Source: Patescibacteria group bacterium (GTDB lineage Bacteria; Patescibacteriota; Minisyncoccia; UBA6257; GWB1-50-10). From it: DNA of 42,968 nucleotides. This document shows, one piece after another, positions 35,458-42,968 of the stretch. Numbering within the stretch: position 1 is the stretch's first letter; the number at the start of each line of letters is the position of its first letter. The notes below the pieces were generated by a model, which had not been told where the DNA came from, searched no databases, and saw only the letters and a list, made by a program, of their open reading frames with translations. A program made the position numbers and the translations under genes. The stretch spans positions 1 through 42,968 of the forward strand of contig JAMCYI010000007.1 of NCBI GenBank assembly GCA_023474215.1, in the 5' to 3' direction.

Positions 35458-35643
35458 TTAAAAAACAATCCGTTGAAGGATTTGAACGAAGACAAAATCA
35501 AGAATTCCCAAGAATACCGATAAACCGACTGAAAATCCTATCACAAAAAGCGTATATCGGGTCGTCTCTTCGCGGGTCGGCCAATTCACCTTCTTCAATT
35601 CTTGCTTGGAATCTTGTATAAAATTACCTATTTTTTCGAACAT
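35458..35643 (-). CDS. secE: Preprotein translocase subunit SecE
   Basis: ELKKVNWPTREE plus one TM helix; upstream of nusG. Confidence 0.95.
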   Translation of the reverse strand: MFEKIGNFIQDSKQELKKVNWPTREETTRYTLFVIGFSVGLSVFLGILDFVFVQILQRIVF

Positions 35644-35672
35644 GCCAGTAGGTACAAAATACCATGAAATCG

Positions 35673-36272
35673 TTATTTTATCAACCCTTTAAGGCTGGAA
35701 GCGCCTTCTCGCAGGATTTTCGGCTCATGGACCAAGGATACGAGAGTCGAAGGGGCGGAAATCAAATTTCCCCTTGAAACATAGAAATCCACTTTGTCGC
35801 CGAAGTACTTCCTCGCCTCGCGTACGTTTCTCGAGGGCTCCTTCCCCTCCCAATTGGCGGAAGGTGCAACGAGAGGACCTGAAGCCGACAAGAAATCGCG
35901 GAGCCATACCGGCTTGGGAACACGGAAGGCCAAACTGCCTTCCCCTCTCATTAAATGATCGAATTTCCCGCTCGATATCGCAAAAATCAAGCTCGTAGGC
36001 CCCGGCCAAACGGCATTCATGATCCTCCTCTGCCGGGCCAAGGGCTGCACACCGAACTTCGCAAGGTCGCGGGGAGAGGAAATAAGTATGATGAAAGGTT
36101 TCCGCGGGTTTCTCTTTCGCAGGCGATAAATACGGCGAACCCCCTGAGAGGAAAAGGCCGAAGCGACGATGCCGTAAATGGTATCTGTCGGGAAAATTCC
36201 CACCGCACCGTTCCGAAGCGATGCAGCAAGATTATTCTTCAGTTCTTTCGAGATTTTCCCGCGGTATTTCAT
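35673..36272 (-). CDS. tsaC: L-threonylcarbamoyladenylate synthase (Sua5/YrdC/TsaC)
   Basis: FPTDTIYG, KRNPRKP, WPGPTS, AFRVP, APSAN, PSTLV; start uncertain (36272 or 36290). Confidence 0.9.
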   Translation of the reverse strand: MKYRGKISKELKNNLAASLRNGAVGIFPTDTIYGIVASAFSSQGVRRIYRLRKRNPRKPFIILISSPRDLAKFGVQPLARQRRIMNAVWPGPTSLIFAISSGKFDHLMRGEGSLAFRVPKPVWLRDFLSASGPLVAPSANWEGKEPSRNVREARKYFGDKVDFYVSRGNLISAPSTLVSLVHEPKILREGASSLKGLIK

Positions 36273-36801
36273 CGGGGATGATCGATTCATGTCGAGAATG
36301 GAAAAGGAATTTATAAATGAGGAAGGTGACGAACCCGATCACGACCCCTCCCACGATATCCGACGGATAGTGGACCCCGACGAATATCCTTGCGATGCCC
36401 ATGACCGTCGAAAGGAAAAGGAACCAAACTCCCCACTTTTTGTTTATCGAAAGAAGGACGAAGGATACGGCAAAGAAGAAGGCTGCGTGCGCCGACGGAA
36501 ATGAGGTGCCGTTCGCCGCTATCAGCGGGGTGATATTGAGAGATACGGACGGCCGTTCACGCGGAAAGAAAAAATCAACGAGCGCGGTCAAAACGGAATA
36601 AGAAACAAGAGCGGTAAAAACGAGGGAAAAGAAGGCCATGAGCTTGTTTTTTGTCCCCTCACGTTTGAAAATAAAAAAAAGGAGCGCTACTCCCATAAGA
36701 TACGGCAAGTATTCCGCCAAAAAAACACCGAAGAAATCCACGATACCCGAAATACCGGACAGTCCGTGGATCAACTGGAAAACCTTGAGGTCCAAAGCCA
36801 T
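36232..36801 (-). CDS. PAP2 family phosphatase (second copy)
   Basis: RERP, SFPSAHA, ARIFVGVHYPSD. Confidence 0.9.
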   Translation of the reverse strand: MALDLKVFQLIHGLSGISGIVDFFGVFLAEYLPYLMGVALLFFIFKREGTKNKLMAFFSLVFTALVSYSVLTALVDFFFPRERPSVSLNITPLIAANGTSFPSAHAAFFFAVSFVLLSINKKWGVWFLFLSTVMGIARIFVGVHYPSDIVGGVVIGFVTFLIYKFLFHSRHESIIPDEIPRENLERTEE

Positions 36802-36808
36802 CGCTTCT

Positions 36809-37018
36809 TTACTTCTTCACGAAGGGTAAAAGGCCCATAACCCTCGCGAGCTTCACAGCCTTTGCAAGCCTCCGTTGATGCTTCGCGCAAATATGGCTAT
36901 GGCGCGGATCGATGATTTTAAGCTGGCTCGAGACGAACTTCTTCAAGGTATCGACATCGTGGTAATCGATGACCTTCGAGTTCTGCGAACAAAAAAAACA
37001 CTGTTTTTGCTGTTTCAT
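36809..37018 (-). CDS. rpsR: 30S ribosomal protein S18
   Basis: CFFC..IDY..V..LKKF..KI...CAKHQR.LA.AVK.AR..GLLPF. Confidence 0.95.
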   Translation of the reverse strand: MKQQKQCFFCSQNSKVIDYHDVDTLKKFVSSQLKIIDPRHSHICAKHQRRLAKAVKLARVMGLLPFVKK

Positions 37019-37036
37019 GGCAATAAATACTCTTTT

Positions 37037-37881
<845 letters not shown>

Positions 37882-37904
<23 letters not shown>

Positions 37905-40900
37905 CTGGTGTAGTTTGAGTCACATTATCAGAAACGACGGTTCCTGTCAATTTTATCTTCATTTCACGCAAAGCTTCTTCTGGTATCTTTTTCACCCCCG
38001 TACCGGCCGGTATGAGACGGCCGATGATCACGTTTTCCTTGAGTCCCTTCAGCGAATCAACCTTCGCAGCGACAGCGGCTTCGACGAGCACTCGTGCGGT
38101 TTCCTGAAATGAAGCAGCCGAAAGGAAGCTCTCGGTGCCGAGCGCGATCCTTGTAATGCCGAAAACCTTTTGGACGGCGCGCGGCGGCTTTTTCTTCGAT
38201 CGCTTTGCTTCTTTTGCAACCGCTATGAACTTGGACTTACCGACGATTTCCCCGAGCATAAATTCGGTATCCCCCGGATCCTTCACGGTAACTTTGGAAA
38301 GCATCTGCCGCACCATGATCTCGATATGTTTGTCGTTGATGACCGATCCTTGCGTCACATAGATCTTTTGGATTTCGTTCACCACATAGTGGATGAGTTT
38401 ATTGAGACCGCGGTAAGCGAGAATCTCCCGCAAGTCCATTGGTCCTTCGTATATTTGCTCCCCGCGCCGCACCGTATCCCCGATTTTAACCCGAATGCCG
38501 GCGCGCGGCGGAACCAAGTATTCGTAAACGTTCTTTTCTTTTGAAGTTCTCCTGCCTCTCCGCTTCACGCCGGACGAGGCTTCTTCTCTGACTGCAATGA
38601 CGGTCGAAAGGCCCCGATCGGCGATATCGGTCACAATGCCGTCGGCCCGTACCAAGGTTGCCTTTCCCTTCGGGATCCTGGATTCGAAGATTTCCTCGAT
38701 CCTCGGCAAGCCGTGCGTGATGTCCGATCCGGCAATACCGCCGATGTGGAACGTTCTGAGCGTAAGCTGAGTACCGGGTTCACCGATAGATTGAGCGGCT
38801 ATAACACCGACCGCTTCTCCCCGCTCGACTTTCTTGTTTCTCCCCAGGTCCAACCCGTAGCACGTCGCACAAATGCCGGAAGTTGCTTTACAAGTAATGG
38901 GGGTTCTCACCTTGATCGATTCCAATTTCGAATTTTGGATCTCCTTCGCCGCTTCGCGGCCGATCGGCTCGCCGGCCTTCACGACAACTTTTCGGTCGAC
39001 ACGGATATCTTCCAATGCCGTCCGTGAAAAGATGCGCTCGGCAAACGAATACCCGTACGCATCACCTTCAGCTCGTATGATCTCGATCCCTTCTTTCGCT
39101 CCGCAATCCGGCTCGCTCACGAAAACGTCCTGCGCGACGTCAACCAAGCGCCGCGTCAGGTACCCGGCGGCTGCAGTCTTCAAAGCTGTATCGGTCGAAC
39201 CCTTTCGGGCGCCGTGGGCGCTGATGAAGTACTCAAGGACGCCTAATCCTTCCTTGTACGAGGATTTGGCGGGCAATTCTATCGTTTCGCCGCGCACGTC
39301 TTGAATCAATCCCTTCATACCGACCATCTGGATCATTTGCGACCAGCTGCCGCGTGATTTGGAGTTCAAGATCATGGAAAGAGGATTCTCTTCTGTCAGC
39401 GTCTTGGGAAGGATTTTTGCGATCCGTTCCCGAGCATCGGTCCAAATCGTAATGATCCTGCTCTTTCGCTCTTCAAATGTTAAGAGCCCTTCGCTATATT
39501 GATCTTCGATCAAAGCGACTTCCTTTCCAGCACTTTCGAGAATACCCTTCTTCTCTTCTGGAAGTATCGTATCGAGCATGCCCCACGTTATCGAAGAGAT
39601 CGTCGAGTAGTAGAAACCAAGGTCCTTGATCTTATCGACATAAAACCTGCTTTCATCTACGCTTCGATCCTCAATGATCCGAGAAACCAAGCTCTTCAAG
39701 CCGCCCTTGTCGAGCGTATCATTCACGTATTCGAAATCATCCGGCAAAACCTCGTTGAAAATGAGGCGGCCGAACGATGTCTCCATAAGCTTTCCTTCGA
39801 CATACACCTTGACCATCGCGCTTATATCAACCAAGCCGTTCTCGACGGCAAACGAGAGATCCCGGACGTCGGCGAACGATTTCCCCTCCCCTTGTGCGCC
39901 TTTCTTCACATGGGTCAGGAAATAAACGCCCAAAATGACGTCATTGGTCGGCGTGACGATCGGTCCGCCGTCGGCCGGCTTCAAGAGGTTCTTTCCGGCA
40001 TCCATGAGATTTTCCGCCTCGTACTGCGCCTCGGCGGTCAAAGGCAAGTGGATAGCCATTTGATCTCCATCGAAGTCGGCATTGAAAGCGGTGCAGACCA
40101 AAGGCGGGATCCGAATCGCAAGGTCCTCAATCAGAACTGGCTTGAATGCTTGAATGCCGAGGCGGTGGAGAGTCGGAGCGCGATTCAAAAGCACCCTCCT
40201 CGATTGAATGACTTCTTCCAAGATTGCCCACACTTCCGGCGGCCCCTGCTCGATCAAGCGGTTTGCTTGCTTGATATTGAACGCGAATCCGCGCTCTATT
40301 ATTTTATTGATGACGAACGGCCGGAAGAGTTCGATCGCCATGTTCTTCGGAAGACCGCATTCATTGAGCTTCAATTCGGGGCCGACAACGATGACCGAGC
40401 GGCCGGAATAGTCGACGCGTTTTCCGAGAAGATTTTGACGGAACCGCCCTTGCTTCCCCTTCAACATGTCGGCAAGCGACTTCAAGGGCCGGCGCTTGGA
40501 CGACAAAAGCTGGCTTCCCAAGCGAGCTGTGTTGTCGATAAGCGCATCTACCGCCTCCTGGAGCATCCGCTTTTCGTTCACGATGATGACTTCAGGTGAT
40601 TTAAGTTCGATAAGCTTTTTCAATCGGTTGTTCCGGTTGATGACCCGAGCATAAAGATCGTTCAAATCGGCCGTCGCATAAAACCCGCCATCCAAGACCA
40701 CCATCGGGCGGAGTTCCGGAGGAAGGACCGGCAACGTCGTCAAAACCATCCATTCGGGACGGACGCCGGATTTCAACATCGAGCGGACAAGCTTCAAGCG
40801 GAGGAGGATTTTCTTTTGCTTCAGAGCGTCATTCACTTCTTCCAATTCTTTTTCAAGCTGCTTCAAAAGAGCTTTCAAGTCGACGCTTTCCATGATCTTC

Positions 40901-41568
40901 CGTATCGCTTCCGCTCCTTGGCCAGCCTCGAAAACATCGCCGAACCGTTCGACCAAGCTGTAGTATTCATCTTGGCTCAAGATCAACCCCGGCTTCAAAA
41001 GCGAAAGGATTTCCTTGACTTCGGTTTGTTTCTTTTTGAGTTCTTCCGATTTAAAGCCTTCTTCTTTCAACGATTTAAACTCCTTACTGATATTTTCAAG
41101 AGCCCTCTTTTTGTTCTCCTCGTTCACCTTGGTGACAATGTACGCCGCATAGTAGATCACCTTCTCGAGTTTCGGTTCGGAGATATTCAAAACAAGACTG
41201 AGCCGCGAAGGGACCGTCTTCAAAAACCAAATGTGAGCAACCGGCGCGGCGAGCTTGATATGCCCCATCCGCTCCCGGCGGACCGACGAATGGGTGACTT
41301 CGACGCCGCATTTTTCGCACACAATACCCTTGAACTTCACCTTTTTGTACTTCCCGCAGTAGCACTCGTAATCCCTCGTGGGTCCGAAGATCCGTTCGGA
41401 AAACAAGCCGTCCTTTTCCGGGCGCTGCGTCCGATAGTTCAACGTTTCCGGCTTTGTCACTTCGCCATAGATCTTTTCGCCGTCCGGCCCCTTATGGGCG
41501 GACCATTCCATGATCTCGTCCGGCGAAGCCAACTTGATACCGATTTTTTTGATGTCGTCTCTGGTCAT
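37882..41568 (-). CDS. rpoC: RNA polymerase beta' subunit
   Basis: GKQGRFRQNLLGKRVDYSGRSVI, catalytic NADFDGD, AAQSIGEPGTQLT, GLKENVIIGRLIPAGTG. Confidence 0.98.
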
Positions 41569-41583
41569 GGTCGTAATATTTGG

Positions 41584-42968
41584 TTATTCGTTTTCTTCGT
41601 TTTGACCTTCCTCCTCGCGACTATGCTCGTATTCGTAACTCACGTCGAGCCCCAAGGATTTCATTTCGGAGACCAATACATTGAACGAAGCGGGAACATT
41701 CGGCTTGCGTATTTCTTGTCCTCTGATGATCGATTCGAACGCCGCCGAGCGGCCCATGACATCGTCCGACTTGATGGTCAGCATTTCTTGAAGGGTGTGA
41801 GCCGCTCCGTATCCTTCGAGCGCCCACACCTCCATTTCTCCGAAACGCTGGCCGCCGAGATTCGCTTTTCCGCCTAAAGGTTGCTGAGTGATCAAGGAAT
41901 ACGGCCCAGTGGACCTGACGTGCATCTTGTCTTCCACCAAGTGATTCAATTTCATGATATACATATAGCCCACGGTGATCGGTTTGGCGAAAGGCTGGCC
42001 CGTAAGGCCGTTCATGACTGTCATCTTTCCGCTCGATTCATATCCTGCAGCCACAAGTTCGTCCTTGATATCATCGTCGGACGCACCGACGAAGTTCTTC
42101 ACGACGGCTCGATAGCCGAGTTTTTTTGCAGCGAGGCCCAAGCTCACCTCCATGATTTGACCCAAATTCATGCGAGAGACGACGCCCAAAGGATTTAAAA
42201 CAATGTCGACAGGCGTCCCGTCAGCAAGATACGGCATATCTTCCACTTTCCGTATCTGGGAAATGACGCCTTTGTTGCCGTAGCGTCCCGCAAGCTTGTC
42301 GCCCGCTTTGATCTTTCGGAGCTGCGCAACTTCTACCTGGATCTTTTTGATGATGCCAGGATCGAGTTTGTCGCCTTTGTCGCGCGAGAATATCTTGATA
42401 CCGATCACCCTTCCTTCCTTGCCGTGTGGCAGCGTAAGCGATGTATCCTTGATGTCTCTCGCCTTCTCACCGAAAATGGCGCGGAGGAGTCGCTCTTCGG
42501 AAGTAAGTTCCGATTCACCTTTCGGAGAGATCTTCCCGACCAAGATATCGTTCGCACGTACCTCGGCGCCGATCCGGATGATTCCTTCGGCATCCAAATT
42601 CCTCAATTTTTCCTCGGAGACATTCGGAATGTCGGGTGTCGTTATTTCAGGGCCCAGCTTCGTATCTTTTACAAGACAGGTATGCGTATCGATGTAGACG
42701 GAAGTAAAGAGGTCCTCGCGGGCAACCCGCTCGGAAACGACGATGGCGTCTTCGAAGTTTGCTCCGTAGAACGGAACGAAGGCCACGAGAAGATTTTTAC
42801 CGAGCGCCAAGACGCCGTTCTCGGTCGCCGGACCATCTGCTAAAACCGTTCCGGGTTTCACTTTCTCGCCGACGGAAACGACGGGGCGCTGGGACATACA
42901 CGTCGAATTGTTCGATCGTTTGAATTTATAAAGATTGTAAACTTTGTTTCCTTTCTCCGATTTCACCG
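41584..42968 (-). CDS. rpoB: RNA polymerase beta subunit (C-terminal part; runs off the window)
   Basis: [57 protein letters not shown]. Confidence 0.98.
   Translation of the reverse strand, partial: VKSEKGNKVYNLYKFKRSNNSTCMSQRPVVSVGEKVKPGTVLADGPATENGVLALGKNLLVAFVPFYGANFEDAIVVSERVAREDLFTSVYIDTHTCLVKDTKLGPEITTPDIPNVSEEKLRNLDAEGIIRIGAEVRANDILVGKISPKGESELTSEERLLRAIFGEKARDIKDTSLTLPHGKEGRVIGIKIFSRDKGDKLDPGIIKKIQVEVAQLRKIKAGDKLAGRYGNKGVISQIRKVEDMPYLADGTPVDIVLNPLGVVSRMNLGQIMEVSLGLAAKKLGYRAVVKNFVGASDDDIKDELVAAGYESSGKMTVMNGLTGQPFAKPITVGYMYIMKLNHLVEDKMHVRSTGPYSLITQQPLGGKANLGGQRFGEMEVWALEGYGAAHTLQEMLTIKSDDVMGRSAAFESIIRGQEIRKPNVPASFNVLVSEMKSLGLDVSYEYEHSREEEGQNEENE

Noticed and set aside
39499-41877. Long plus-strand ORFs opposite rpoC (also those opposite ftsEX, thrS, pyk and zwf)
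   Set aside because: Antisense shadow frames of conserved genes, expected from codon bias.

Overview
Chromosomal segment of a bacterium that is very probably a Candidate Phyla Radiation member (Patescibacteria, Parcubacteria-like; genetic code 11). The call is inferred from gene content, dense gene packing, frequent leaderless-type promoters, a truncated pyruvate kinase and rplK without rplA. The right half is core machinery: rpoB-rpoC-rpsF-ssb-rpsR, tsaC, secE-nusG-rplK, tmk, nusB, rpmF, miaA, thrS, dnaE, rnhB, RNase P RNA, tRNA-Thr(CGU), a short RF2 and ftsEX. The left half is accessory and metabolic. Best candidates for new biology: (1) a ThiF (Rv1355c-like) + nitroreductase + putative LuxI/FeeM-fold N-acyltransferase operon, flanked by a membrane GAF histidine kinase (one-base frameshift) and a divergent receiver protein, resembling an oxazolone/N-acyl-amino-acid signal synthesis-and-sensing module; (2) two copies of a ~140-nt intergenic multi-stem element with compensatory base changes, plus related long hairpins; (3) an N-terminally truncated RF2 whose ATG shares a base with the CCA end of tRNA-Thr; (4) heptamer-periodic palindromic repeats that supply gene stop codons, with a related tract inserted in frame in thrS. 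No CRISPR array, integrase or transposase was seen. All product calls come from motif recognition by eye; no database search was run.
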